NCBI RefSeq assembly: GCF_037042905.1
Contig: NC_087251.1
Span: forward strand, 45,448,001-45,512,000
Direction: 5' to 3'
From: Lytechinus pictus
Taxonomy: Eukaryota
Length of the DNA: 64,000 bases
Positions 1 to 14,017 of the stretch are shown one piece after another (within the stretch, counting starts at the first letter, position 1; each line of letters starts with the position of its first letter). The position numbers and the translations under genes are program-made. The notes below the pieces were generated by a model that did no database searches, was not told the DNA's origin, and was given only the letters and a program-made list of their open reading frames with translations.

Positions 1-586
1 CTTATAAATAGCTTACACAGGTGTCTGATGCCGTGATCTCTCTAATGAGCTCTACGAGGGCCATAATATACACACCCCAGCATGGACATAGCCAAGAGGT
101 ACATGTAAACATGTCGAGCAGGCCTAGCCTGCTGATTTACAAGCAATGATACAACTTGGTACACGATGCAAAGGACATGTAATAAACAACTATGAAGAGG
201 AAATATATTTGATTTCATACTGGAGTGATTTAAATTGAAACTATTAAAAAGAAACATGTGGAATAGACATTTGGTGAGAATTGTTCCTTGTTGGATCTAA
301 TGTATGGTGCACCCGAGGTTATATACCAATTTCCTAATAAATATTATGTCATGATATAAAAGGGGTTCAATTAATCCAAGACCATGACTTTGGGTGCCCT
401 ATTGGCCCAAATGTCCCTCTCATTGGCCTTAAGATATTTTGTTTTCCCTTTTTACTTTTTTTTTTTGCCAATTGTGCTTTATTATTTATATAACAGTAGC
501 CTTTCACTACAAAATATCAAACTTAATGGCCTGCATGAGTACCATAGATTTATATACATGTATGTGAATCAGAACTTTGAGCTTAC

Positions 587-2639
587 CTGATTGAAGGATA
601 CCCAGTTGGGCTAAAGGTAGAGAAAGCTGGTTGGCAATGGTTGTAGGTGCATCAATGGAATGTCTTGATAGCCTCAGCAGGAAAGCCCCTTTCAAAGATG
701 CGTTCAGTTTTTCACATTCGGCAGCATCAATAGAGGCCCTTCTCGGCTGCCCCAGTAGAGGCGCTAAAGCTTTCATGAGGGCATTGTCTGGCGCAGGCTC
801 AGAAATACTCCTCTGAGCCTGCGTGCACGAGCATGATAAGTGGTTTGGAGTTGCTGTAGAATGCGGAACCACTGCAGGTTCTTTGAGGGTCGGTAAGAGA
901 GTTGTACTGCTGGGGCTACTGATTTTGTTGTTAGGTGAAGTTTCCGTTTTCAGATTGTTACTCTTTCTATCTGAGGCTTCATCTGGAGTTCTATTGCCTT
1001 GAGGTTTTATAGGTTTTCCACAGCGGGAGCATGTTTGTGCACTTGTCTCAGTAGCAAGTTCAGATTTGCTAGATGTTGGGGGTGTATCATTTTTCAGTTT
1101 TGCCTTTATGGCAGGTTTCTTGGGTTCCTTAGCTTTTTCCTGTCCATTCGTCACACTAGTATGTTCCGTAATCCTTTTCCCCTTGGAATCACTTCCAACT
1201 TTACATGTATCCTTTGCAACTTTGATATCTGATGATATAGATCTACTTGTCAACAAATCACCTCCCTGTGCATCACTTACACTCTGACTTGCCTTAGGTT
1301 TCTTTGGTGCTGACACTTTTACAGGCATTTTCTCAACAAAATCATCCCTTTCGTACAACAGATGCACTTTGGTCTCTGCCGTCAGACTCGCTTCTCGTCT
1401 TGCCCTTGGAGCACGCGGCGGTAGCGTGTCTGCAAATTTGAACCTGCGCTTTTTCGGCTTTCCATCTTCGGGAGAGCTAAGACCTTCGCGTCCCGCCATG
1501 CTTCCATCGTCAGTGAATGAATCCTCTGTGCAACTGCTTAATACAGACTCGCTCCCAACACTCTCTGAGACGGATCCCTTTCGTTTCCTCTTGCTATCAA
1601 CACCTGAATCGCTTGAGCCAAGAGTATTTTTCCGAACGACTTCCTTTGGCTTGCCACCCCCTCTGGGTGATGTTCTTCCTGTAGCTTGTTTAGGTTTACC
1701 CATATCTCCTGCTGCGTTATTCTTTACCCCAGGCGTCCTAATGAAGGCAACCTCACTGTCAACCTTCTCAAATCTTTCTTCGTCGATTTCATTGGGTTCC
1801 GAAACATTTTCATCAAAAACAGAATCGTTCGAGATGCTGTGGGAAAGGCTTGGTCTCTTATGTTCACCTATCGATGCATGGCTGCTTTTCAGACGTCCAT
1901 TCTGCTGCACCTTTGCACTGGTAGGAGAAACGCTGTTGGTATGCCTGTCCGCATTGTGGGTGTCTTTGTGATTGTTCTGCGTTTTGGAATTTGGGAATGC
2001 CTTCCAACCGATGGCCGCATGGAGTTCTGCAGAATTTGGGATCTTAGGGGACACCCTGGGGGATACTTTTCTGTGACCTATATTGTGGGAATGCTTGTAA
2101 CTGTCAGGAGAGGTCTCAGACCAACTTGACCTCCTCTTTCCATAAGATGCATCAGAAATATTCCTTTCATTCTGGTTCCAGTCGACAGTTAAATCTTTCT
2201 TCGATTGTACATTTATATTCACATTGTTGCAGATATCTGGGGGACTTAATCTCTTCTGTTTTGGAGAGGTCATGGGCACGGTTATGACAGCGGTAATCTC
2301 TGCACCGTCGATGTCTATCTTTCTCTTGCGATGGTTGGACACTGGAATGTTCTTTGATGGTTTCACCGTGAGCCTGGAGTCTGACAGGCACTGCCTTCCC
2401 GGAGAAACACTGTTCACTTTGGCATTTGCCAGACTGATGTCCACATTCAGAGTATGCATGTTATTATTGATTGAGCGATTTGTCGTACAGGTAGGAGACA
2501 GTCTTTTCTTCCCCGAGGGGCTTATTATATGTGTCGTTGGCATTATGCTATCCTGCCTGGGTGATGTTACAGGTTTGGTACTCTGAGGACTGGACTGGTC
2601 TGCTGCATGCAATCTGGGAGAGTTACTGCTCTTTAAATT
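587..2639 (-). CDS. Large internal coding exon (2,053 nt) of an unidentified gene; Ser/Pro/Lys-rich, likely disordered region; gene continues beyond the left edge
   Basis: Lies within the open 731-aa ORF 507..2702. Polypyrimidine acceptor (ttttttttcttctttcaaacag|AATTTAAAG, phase 0) at 2640-2642 and donor TCAG|gtaagc (phase 1) at 585-586. No recognisable domain. Confidence 0.85.
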
Positions 2640-3199
2640 CTGTTTGAAAGAAGAAAAAAACAGAAGAAAGAAAGAATAAACATCAATCAAGTAGGCTAAC
2701 AAATGTGTGTAACTATGAATTTCATTTTATGAACTAAAGCAGAGATAAAATGTCTTTGGTACATTGATATGGCCAAAATTGATGACATTGTAGCTGTACT
2801 GTCGTCAGGCACAGATTGCCAAACAGCTCATTCCAGTACATATTTATTCAGTGAAGACTCTTTGATAAGGTCTGAAGCAAATACATATATACTGTATATT
2901 CAACCAGTTCCATTATATTCACCTTGGGAGCATTTCATGAAGTATATAGTGGGTGATTTTCACTGACAACTTGTTATAAGCTACTGAAATCCTTGCATCT
3001 GATTGGCTCAGAGCAAATTTGTCAGTGAAAATCACAGACAAGGTGATTCATGACACACTGCTTGAATCAAGTGTGATCAAATGAAGTGATCACTGCTGTT
3101 TTGACTTTGAATGATAACCAGGAATGTGCGCGCTTCGTTGATTACAGGATACAGGATATTTGTGGTGATCTTGTTTTCACTTCATGGAGAATTAGAGCA

Positions 3200-3670
3200 A
3201 ATTATATGACACCTAGATAGATCCTTGTCATTTGATTGGTTGGTTGATATCGATCATTCAGCCCAATTTACAATGACGTCGTCAACCGTGCAATTTTAGA
3301 TCCATTCATCGTGCAATTTTGGATCCATACGATTTTGTCCATTGCACGTGCGCACCGAGACAGCAGGCACCACAAAATATCGCGCATGTTGTATGTACGC
3401 GATAATCAACAGACCGAGCTCGCACTGCATATGAGCATATTTTGCATCGAAATTCACAAATTTCATATGAAAAAGAATCTATTTTTAGGTGTCATATAAA
3501 CCAAATAATGAATGTTCTTTCATTCGTGCAATGGACAGAATACTTCCTTTGGTGAAAGATGAAATGAATGATCCATTCAACTCTGCTACGCCTTGTTGAA
3601 TGGATCATTTCATCTTTCACCTCATGAAGTAGTCTGTCAATTGCACTCATAAACATTCATTATTTGTATA
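3200..3670. mobile_element. Non-autonomous element with a short inverted repeat and a long 3' hairpin (class uncertain)
   Basis: IR ttatatgacaccta (about 3202) / taggtgtcatataa (3486-3499), followed by an imperfect palindrome of about 165 bp (3502-3666) centred on gctacgcc. Confidence 0.55.
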
Positions 3671-6364
3671 CCATTCTTTACAAATACACTAGAGGAATAT
3701 TTATGTACTGTAATATGAATTACCATGTCCCGTCATAACACCCAAAAAAAATCAATGCCTAAACAGAGATTTACCTCTTTAATTGGGTAATAATACCTTT
3801 CCAGTATACATGCAGATAATGTACGTCTCAACTGAACATTAAAAACATACAGAAAAAATAGGTAATTTGTGTGCATGGTGGGATGGGATAGGGGTCACAC
3901 ATTTTATGCATTACAATCATGATGAAAGAAGTTGTTTGGGCATAAGGAACTTGTTGGTTTAAGACCAGTACAGTGTATGTGGTGTGTGAATTCACATCCA
4001 GAAATTAGTCCAAATCTACTGTACTTGACTGGTTTTAAAGTTCCCTTTTATTTTTTTCTTTATTATTAATCTTGATGACAAACAAGCTCCACAGCATCTT
4101 TTCCTTCCTAATAATTATATGAAGGCCTATATGTGCAGTACTTTAAGCAATAAAAACATAAACACCTTGTTACCATTTCTGTGTTTTGACCAAAATATGA
4201 ATTGAGCTCAGGATACAAATACTGACTGGTGGAAAATTACTATGTATGAAATGGTTTTAGTGCACCATTTTCAACCTTTTCCTAACATGCATCGAATCTC
4301 TTAAAAAGAAAGAACCAATGACAGTACATAGGTTTTCCCAGGGAATTCTGAGTCGGTTTGCCAGCGTTGTAGGGATGTTCATTGCACATGTACAGTTCAT
4401 GAATAGTCTAGAGTTTACCAATGAAAAGGATTTGATTGATTTATTGGACTTAAACCTATTGAATCGTTGTGCAGAATGGGGTAACAGTAGGGAGAATAAT
4501 ATGGATCAAAACACTAAAGGACGGCTCTGAAATGCCTCACTGATTCAGCTCCATAAAATGACCTTATTTCTGAAGTGTACTATCCACTGGAAAATTAGTA
4601 ATCATTATTGGCATCGCAAAACTTGCAGTTCTACATGTTCATGTCTAGATACATGTAATGTATCATCAATTTCAAGCTAGACAGACTCGTGATATGCATC
4701 AATACTATAAACAAACTGATAGATTTTCCTCTCATACCAAAATCTGTGTTGTCAATGCAAAGTTAAACTTGTACTTACACAAGAAAGAACACAATATTTT
4801 CTTCAGTCTCATAAAACTACAAGCAATATATGTATTCCCCCTCATATCAAAATTTTGGTTGTCGATGCAAAGTACATGTAGGTACACTAGAAAACACACA
4901 TATTTTCTACTTTTTTCACACATTTTTTTTATATACCGATATCTGAGGCATGACTAGCATACATGTATAGTCTTCAGTCACATAAGACTTCTAGTTTTCC
5001 ATGTACATGTCCAAACCCAATGGTTCTTCAAAACATTTAGTTTTTATCTGTGTAAATGGGCCCATTATTGTGAACACAAGCCCTCTTAGTATAAATGATC
5101 TACTCAATCTGAAGTGTCTATTAACCATGGAGATATTTCTCACTGGTCTAACCAAGATTGGAGAAGCAGGGGAGAAGCGAATCAGATCTAATCAACTCAG
5201 GCAAGGATCATCAAATTACCATGGTTCTTGCAGTATTCCGCAACACAAACACAACAAGGTATCAGTCACTGCATACTTTACGGTAATCTTGTTATGGATG
5301 ATATACGATCTGTACGTACCCTCAAATCCGTACAATTTCACCCCAAGTCTATGTTTACTGCATTATTGACATATCACAAAGCCATCATGCAACTGATTTT
5401 AAACTCAATGATCTAGGAAAAAATATTGTTGATGTACTCATTATTCAGTCCATAAATTTGTTTTGACAATTTACCCGGTCTAACTGCTAAGCAAAATGTT
5501 GTAACACGGAACTCCATGTATAGAGCCAGCATGTATAACATGGAAGATAAAAGATTAAAAGGGGGATGCTTCATTAAAGGTTTTTGTAATTTATGTATAA
5601 CTTGGCACATGGTAGATAGATAGATAGATAAAATGGTTTATTAAAAGATCATCACAGCCAAAGGCCGAATTGTGATCAATTTTACAAACATGCAAGTTAC
5701 ATATAAAGTTCTCATACAAAGTATCGTAACAGTTTCTTAAAATGATACACGAACCTATTATGTAGAATACTATAGGCCTATATATCGGCTCAAACAATCA
5801 CTCATAAAATCTGTCATACACATACCTCAATGGTCCAAAGATATCACAACATATAGCACAATCAAATAAACAACATCCAAAACTCAGCAAAATTGTACAA
5901 ACGATGAAAAAATGAGCAAAATCAAATCAAAGAATGAGAGCTCAAAATAAAGGACGTGCTGCCAGTAGGGCGCCATCAGATATGACTGGTGATCCTTTCT
6001 TGCTAAACGATACAATTGTACTCAAAAGTTAGTAAACCCCACCATGAAATGCACTCCTTCATGCTGAGTGTTGAATGTAGATAACAACACTACAATTTTC
6101 GGCAAGCCCAGAGAAACAAACTTTATTATTTAAATGCAATATTTTATCACCTGACTTCACAATCAAATATCTAAAACATGGCAGAACTTGAATACTTTAT
6201 CAATACCTTCACTTTCTGGTGGGGTCTGCTAATTTTTTAGCACCACTGTATACATCACTATTCTATCTAGTTGTTTGTAAACTTGAGGGTAACTTTATGA
6301 ACCACTATTCAGGATCGCAACACAACCAACCAGCACTTTATAATTGTCAATACAACAATAACAA

Positions 6365-7112
6365 AATAATAATAGGCATTTATATCGTCATCAACAGTAT
6401 CCAGATAAAATCTATTCAAAGGCGAATCAGTAGGTGGTTTCAGACCGCCTCGAAGTTCGCCAGTTCCAGGTATTCTCTGATCGGGAAATTTACCCCGATC
6501 AGAAAATACCAGGTATTTTGGCGGTGTGAAAGCAAACTACGCGTAATATCCCCGAAAGAAAATACCCGATAAATAGTAGGTACTTGGCGAAATTACGAGA
6601 ACTTTCGCGGGGATTTTTCCAAGGTCGTGGGTATTTTGGCGGTCTGAAAGCAAATTACGGGAACTTTTAGCCCAGCGTGTCGTTGGGTGCGGCGCCGTGC
6701 ATGGGTTGCTGCTGGGCTAGTGATTTTGAATTTCGCGCCTTGCTGCTTATCAGACCATACTGCGCATGCTCGTAACTTCAGGAACTTATCCCGAAGGGTA
6801 TGTTTCAGGGCGGTGTGAATGCAGGAATAATTAATGGGTATTTTTCAGCCTTAAAAAGTTCTCGTAATTTAACGGGGATTCTTGTGATCGAGGCGGTTTG
6901 AAACCACCTACTTACCCAGGCTTTAGCTCAAGCTTCCTTCCAGTGCTCATAGCATTCAAGGAATTAATCCTGACAAGTGCCAATTACCTCACCTGGGTTG
7001 AGTGCAGCACAATGTGGATGAATTTCTTGCTGAAGGAAAAGTAATGCCGTAGCTGAGATTTGAACCCAAGTCCCTCTCATTGAAAGACAAGATTCGTCAC
7101 CACTAGACCAGA
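6365..7112 (-). mobile_element. tRNA-derived SINE, interrupted by a MITE
   Basis: Minus strand shows A box TGGTCTAGTGG (7110-7100) and B box GGGTTCAAATC (7067-7057), then a 'cactcaacccaggtg' core and a (TAT)n-like tail near 6365. Related fragment at about 10515-10612. Confidence 0.7.
6433..6908. mobile_element. Non-autonomous TIR element (MITE) nested in the SINE
   Basis: TIRs GGTGGTTTCAGACCGCCTCGA / TCGAGGCGGTTTGAAACCACC, flanked by TA on both sides. Internal ggcggtgtgaa repeats. Confidence 0.8.
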
Positions 7113-7146
7113 CGTAACCACTGCATTATCAACGTATCAACCATAC

Positions 7147-7246
7147 CTTCATAAGTTTGGTCAAGAATATCATGTACTTGAAGAAACTTGAAATCATCAG
7201 GTCGCAAATCAGCACCCTCGACCAACCTTGGTCTGGTGAACTCCAT
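7147..7246 (-). CDS. Candidate alternative first exon (MEFTRPRLVEGADLRPDDFKFLQVHDILDQTYE, phase 1; or MISSFFKYMIFLTKLMK from 7197, phase 0)
   Basis: Donor AAG|gtatgg at 7145-7146 with two open ATG-initiated frames running into it. Confidence 0.35.
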
Positions 7247-9462
7247 CAGCTAAACATGGATAATTGAAAGCGACAAGGTTTACCCAGACACACACACACT
7301 CCTTGTGCTAATTCACGAGGTGAGCATCTGAATTATACGGCTGGCAAAGCTGAAATTTCTCTACAGCCTAATGGAACGTGATCTGCCAAACTCAAGATCA
7401 AAACAGCTTCTTGGCACGAAGCACATGCAATATGCATGCTGCTTTGGTGAACACTACATTTCCATCCAATGATAGCTCCTCCACATGTATGACTGTACAT
7501 GTACATGTGTACAGGTCTACATGAACTATGTCATGTATGGTGATTGACTGATTTTACTTAAAATTGCTTTTTTAAGTTGCTTTTTTTTAAAGCAAAATTT
7601 ACAGACGAATTGATTTGAAGAATGGTACCATAACTTCACAATTGATTTTCATTTTTAAAATTCATATCAGAGACCAACTTTGCTTTATCAATAAAAACAA
7701 GAATATCATGAAAACTAAAAACATTTAAAATTTGTCCTAAAAAGTAGGGATGAGCCACTTTGAACTACTTTGATAGATAGACATTGTTCCTTTTCAGGCA
7801 CAGATCCAGAGTCAGACTTTTCCTGGGTGCTAATTTGTCCGAGGAGAAAGTCAGAGATTTGACAATCACCGCCCCCCCAAAAAAAGAAGCTCATCGCTCA
7901 TACTAGCCTGCACAATGAAGGCATTCTATTTTCAATTTTTATGGGGTGCGCCCTCACTCTCCGCCCCACCCCCCCCCTCCCCCAGATCCGTGTTTGTTTT
8001 TCATATCAATTATTCAGTTTTAAGAGAAAAGAATTACCTTTCAAAACTGGTTTCTCTTCACCGAGTTCTTTTGTCCCACTTTATGAACATTACAAAATGT
8101 AAGCCTGTACATGTATTGTACAGTAAATGCATAGCTCAATTGCTTCAGCACTCTCTGTAGACGATAGCATATGCATGCAGGAACTTAATCAGATTGTTAC
8201 TACTGTACATACAGAGTAACCTCCACAGCGAACATGTGTTAATTTATTGACAATTTCCCCAGGAAGTGCGTATCTAAATCGTTTCCTGCATTTCAACTTC
8301 TCTGTTTTTGTGCAAAAAAGATGCATTTTCCATTTAAATTCCAAACTGCTTTTTATGATTCAATTCAATATGCTACAGTTGGAATCAACATTATACCAGT
8401 ATCATACGATTAATTCAAATTTTCAACTGAGCATATTTCTAAAAGCTTGAATTACATTTCAATGTGATACTGATTTGTTTTCTTTAAAAAAAAAACCCTG
8501 ACGTTTGGGCAAAATTTGACACCAGATTAGAATATGTTTATATTTATGGATTTTATGCACATTTCCTCTTCAAAAATGTATCAGATTGTAAATGGGACTG
8601 GAAACTTAAGTACATGGATTTGATTTATCCTCATCCTCCAAGTTGAAGTAAAGGAGTTGGCAAGTGTGGCAGAAAGAGAATACAAACGTAACCACAAAAT
8701 CTATGCCCACTCCCCTTTGAACCTTGATAGCAAGAAGAACTTGGCATCTGATTTGGGATTTTGTAAATTATCCTTGAAATTTCCCCCCTACCTTAAAACG
8801 ACATTTAATGCTATAAAAATACATGTGAGTTCCCTAATACACATCACAATGAACTTCTTAATCTACCATAGAGGGATATGTCATACATGTAGACACTAGA
8901 CAAGGTGACGATTCTAGATTGATAACAGTCGTACGGAACTCATTGGCAGTGAATTTATGTTCTGAATGGAAGGGATAGAGTGCTCACCAAAGGTCATTGC
9001 CCTAATTCTGTTTTGATATAAATCAGCGATTGTGCAGGTGAACGAAGTGAGTGAACAGAAATTCTTCATGATAAAATAATAGTGAAAATTTTCATTTTTA
9101 AACCAATACCCTTTGCCTATGTACATGTAATATAGAATTGATACGAATTTGGACTTAATATGACAGAGATTTTCACTAAATTTTACAATACAAGGGGGAT
9201 CCCTGGAAAAAAATAGAAAGGGGAAATATCCCCCCCCCCCCCCCCCCCCGAGTCACAGTATCTAATTAGAAGTCAGCCTGGCTGTACAGGCCAGTGGTAT
9301 ATATATTGCTTTGTAGTATCAAAACAGGCAACAACATTTCTGAAAGAGCGACAAGACTTGCACAGCATCAAATCTTATAATGATAGGGAACAAACAATGT
9401 ACAGTATGTATGAAGTCCTGAGAAAAATTCACAGATAGTTTTTAATGTTAAGTATTGCCTAC

Positions 9463-9483
9463 CTCTGACTCTGCTGAATCCAT
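9463..9483 (-). CDS. Candidate alternative first coding exon (MDSAESE) of the left-hand gene
   Basis: ATG plus 7 codons, donor GAG|gtaggc in phase 0, compatible with the acceptor at 2639. Preceded by non-repetitive sequence at about 9500-9900. Confidence 0.35.
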
Positions 9484-11177
9484 GCTAGAACTACACTCCT
9501 CTCAACAGTCAACACTGAAAAACATGAACACTATTAAAAGTAGAGCATAGCCATGAGATTCTAATGATCCATAGACCTCCCTCTCCAAGTGTTTAGTCCA
9601 CAAATACGCAGATCTGTTTATAGCACTGAAGAGTGTGACTAGCACTATAAAAAGAGCCGAAGAGGAACAATATCACATGTGCTTGTGCTCTCATCAACTC
9701 AACGGGTCGCTAACTCTTATGATATCAAGCATCTTCCGTTTAGGAGCTCCGTTCCCGTTGTGCGTATGTCCTCCACACACGTCCATTGTGGACATGCAAT
9801 GGAGTGTGTGCACGGGAGCATGCACTAAACATACACTAGCAAATTGCATATGCCCTGGGGAGATCTCCTGGAATCGGGGTGACTTTGAAAGAAGCTTGCT
9901 GGTGGGTCGGAAATGATCCATGTAAACTTGGCTTAAAACACCAGTGAAATTGAATTTTCCTTTGTTTTAGAGAAAGATGACTGACATGATACATACAAAA
10001 CAAGTACTAAAACTGGTGCATGTACCAAAAGGAATATGTCTGTCCAGGGAATAACTTTTACAAATTTTAATAGCATTTTTGGTCATAAGAGAAAAGCTCT
10101 CAACTAAGTAAATGTTCAGTCCTATGGAAAAATATGAGTACCGTATACAAAAGACTTTATGCATAGCAATGTGTGGCAAATTGCGATGCGATACCAGGAA
10201 AATTATTCCCTCTCTGTCTCAAATCCAAAATCATACTTTTATATCATGAAATACATGTATAGAAAAATGTTGGGACATCAAAATTTCGGAGCCCGAAAGG
10301 GAGGGGGCCTTCAACGTACATGTAATGGGCCTATACATGTACATGTAACACAAAAATCCTACCATTATTTTTTTTACTTTATTTTTTTTACATGTATGTA
10401 GGTTAAAGAAATAAATTGTAGCCAAAAATTATTTCATGAGAAAAACAAAAAAATAATATGTCCATTTATATAGCCCAGTTACTACATGTATGTGCATATA
10501 CTCAACTGCGCTTTGATACTTGGTATCATATTATTACCCGGCTGTAGCTGAGCCGCCATATTAATAGGCGCTATTATTAAGCGTTCAAGGAATAAATCAT
10601 AATGGGTACCCAATCCACTGGTTCACAACGCTCCACACGAAAACCTTTAAAATCAAGGTTAATTACGACCCTACATAAACTTCTAGATCTGGTACATTGA
10701 AATCAACTTACATGTATCTTTGTGAAATAATTAATCTTAGCTGAAAACCGATATTTCTGATAACTAACTCAAATAGGCATATTTGGGACAATGTACTAAT
10801 ACTGCTTGGAGAAATACCAACATTTTATGGAATTCCGTGCTTATTTTGCCCATTTCTCAGCAATTACATAATTTTTTCCAGAGCCATTTGGTCCATATTT
10901 TTTTTTCATTTTAATACATACAAACACTTGAGTAGTCATTTTATTGGATTATGTTTGAATTCATATTAAGTGAGAAATTACAAATTTGACGGTCTCCAGA
11001 ACGGAAAAAAATTGGAATCTCTATGGCTGCCTGAATTAGTGATGCTCTGGAACGGAAATTTAGGCTGAAAAATACAAATTACGTCCTTAAAATTGCGTTA
11101 TCTGCGCCATACATGTATTTCCAAAGCACGCGACAGATTAGTTCAGGCTCTGGAAGCGGGGTCCCCGAAAATGCACT

Positions 11178-12372
11178 AACAAGTGGAATACCTATGGCTG
11201 TCTCGCCTGCATTACACGATTCAATATAGCAGCAGTGCAGATTTTGAATAATTATTCACAAAAAGCACCATTCATATATTATTAATATGAAATTCTATGT
11301 TCATTGATGCTTAATTACCTTTGACCTTGATCATGTGACATAAGACTCATGCAAAACGATCAGTGATACTTCATTACCCTTCATGTACAATGTACATGTA
11401 CTGTATGTCCACGTTTCATGAACTATAGATCCATAAAATTTCAAAGTTATGTTGGCACTTCAACTCATACATGTACATATGTACACTGTACCTCCGGACC
11501 TCATATAGGATACATGACATGTCAAGTAATACTTGATTGCTCTTATGTCCAAGTTTCATAATCTAGATCCAAAAACTTTCAAAGTGATGATGGCAATTTA
11601 AAAAGTATCCCCAACATGGCTAAATTTTATTGATACTGAATATGACCTTTGACCTTGAGCATGTGACCTGAAACTCACACAGGATGTATTGTTCAGTGAT
11701 ACTTCATTGCTCTTATGTCCAAGTTGCATTAACTAGATCCATAAACTTTCAAAGTTATGATGGCAATTCAACGAATGCCCCTAACATGGCCAAAGTTTAT
11801 TGACCCTAAATGAACTTTGACCTTGAGCATGTGACCTGAAACTCACACAGGATGTTCAGTGATTCTCATTACTCTTTATGTCCAAGGTGCATGAACTACA
11901 TGAACTAGATCCATAAACTTTCAAAGTTATGACATCTGGCAATTCTATGAATACCCTCAACATGGCCAAAGTTCATTGACCCTAAATACCTTTGACCCCG
12001 GTCATATGACCTAAAACTCGAACAGGGTACTCAGTGATACATGATTACACTTATGTCCAAGTTTTATGAACTAGGTCCATATACCTTAAGTTATGACATT
12101 TAAAAAGCTTAACCTTCGGTTAAGATTTTGATATTGATTCCTCCCAACATGGTCTAAGTTCATTGACCCTAAATGACCTTTGACCTTGGTCATGTGACAT
12201 CAAACTCTGGCAGGATGTTCAGTAATACTTGATAACCATTATGTCCAAGTTTCATGAACTAGGCCCATATACTTTAAGTTATGATGACATTTCACAATCT
12301 TAATATTTGATGTTGACGACGCCGTCGGAAAAGCGTCGCCTATAGTCTCTTTTTGCTAGCAGGCGAGACAAA
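11178..12372. mobile_element. Helentron-associated (HINE/DINE-1/pearl-like) non-autonomous element with internal 170-190 bp tandem repeats
   Basis: Subterminal IR TGTCTCGCCTGC (11199-11210) / GCAGGCGAGACA (12359-12370). About 5-6 units anchored by tgacctttgacct (about 11317, 11643, 11811, 11987, 12174). A-rich ends, no TSD. Confidence 0.7.
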
Positions 12373-12829
12373 GAACACTATGGATATTCCCATAGGATCC
12401 GTTAAAAATTGTAATATAGTGTAGCAAGCAACCACGGAAAGATTATCTTTATTTCCCCTGTTGCATATTTGAGTAATGCGGTTAACAAATTGGTAGATTA
12501 CCACTTTTGTGTCAAGCTATTTGCACAATGCTGTTCAACGGTTTGTAATTCCATTCAACAATGCAGGGGTATCCATATCAACACTGCTTTCAGCACAATA
12601 CACCGATGGTCATATTTACACCGAGCTATTCTCATCTCTTTACAAACAGAATCACAGTGAGTGCCTGTATGGACCTTTCATTATCACTACATGATTTTCG
12701 GGGTGCATTGTTAATATGCGCCACTTTTTACCCTAGAAGTTGAATCATGACTTGAAACACATTTTGAAACAAGTTCCTGCAGAATCAAAGTCACAAGTAA
12801 AAAGTATAAAATCACAAACATGAAATATA

Positions 12830-13110
12830 GACAAAGGCAAAAGCGATTTTGTGTCTCGCCTACTTATGAAAATAACCAGAAATATCGTGATTAAGAGAGT
12901 CTTGCATGTAAACATTAACGTTGACCTGAAAATGACCTTTGACCTTACCATGTGACCTCGGACTGCAGAATAACATGCAGGTCCCCCAAGTCCATGTACC
13001 ATCCAAGTTTGGTTGAAAAGTGACTTACGGTTGTGGAGTTATGTGTCATAAGGTTTGTGACGGACGACAGACGACGGACGACATTTGGATCCCTAAGTCT
13101 AAGACAAAAA
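12830..13110. mobile_element. Truncated HINE-like element (same family as 32501-33139)
   Basis: gcgattttgtgtctcgcctactt start, tgacctttgacctt core, GACG microsatellite and ttggatccctaagtc end, all shared with the 32501-33139 copy. Confidence 0.6.
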
Positions 13111-14017
13111 GGGGGCATTTGGAAAGACATTTCTGCAGAAACAAGTTTGAAAAAGGACAAATTGAATGATGACTCTACTCTATGACATCATTGTGTCGGC
13201 CTACTTCCATTTTCAAAGCAAACTGCATGCTGCCGGCTTTCGCTTATTACACAGTAGCCATATGATACAGTCATGTATTGTAAATCAAATTTGACTGTAC
13301 ATTTTACATGGAAGCTGTACCTATTCATGTGACACAAGGAATAATTATTTCCCATTCCAGAACAGCTACAATGTATATCTAGCTTTCATAACAAAAGAGC
13401 AGATTCAGTTGCTGTAATGTGGCCATTAAATACTTTATTTTACTCAAATTTCAGATGGTTCTCCATCTTCTTCAGGAGTTTACAATGTGGCATCAGATCA
13501 GCCAGAGAGCTCATCATCAGACAGATGTTGGTATAATAACTGGCTGAGGATGCGCAGAAATAAAGTACTGGTACACAGGTTAGGAACACACGTTTTTTGT
13601 GATTATCAAATTGTTACCTAATACACTAATGAAGAAAGAAGAACAAGTACACACTGTACAAGTGTTCATTAAAAAAAAACTATTCATTTTTAACTATTTA
13701 CATGTAACAATAGGAAATATGAAAATAAAACATGATGGGGCAGAATGAAGAACAAGATCATAGACCGAGGACAGAGGATTGTCATGTCAAAAATTTGAGT
13801 AAAAAGTATTCATTGGCCACAAAGCATTATCTGTCACCATTGTTTTGTTATCTTGTTGGAGTCAATTGTGAAGCTGAATTTCAATAAAATATCAATGATT
13901 ATTTTCATTTTGACTTCTTTTTTAAATATAGTGTAAAGATCCAGGGTTGGTTATTATCTTGTACATGTAATTCATTGTGTTTTATTATAAAGTTAGACAT
14001 ATCCTTGGTTCTGTTAA

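Noticed and set aside
631..2586. Plus-strand ORFs overlapping the large exon, and similar antisense ORFs over ZNF839 exons
   Set aside because: Shadow ORFs of real coding exons with no independent evidence.
587..2639. Naming the left-hand gene (for example as a phosphodiesterase-type multi-promoter gene)
   Set aside because: No diagnostic domain lies within the window, so any name would be a guess.
5826..5976. Another alternative first exon (donor GAG|gtatgt at about 5825)
   Set aside because: All ATG-initiated frames hit stops before the donor.
7040..7115. tRNA gene on the minus strand
   Set aside because: A and B boxes are present but there is no convincing cloverleaf, and it continues into a SINE body.
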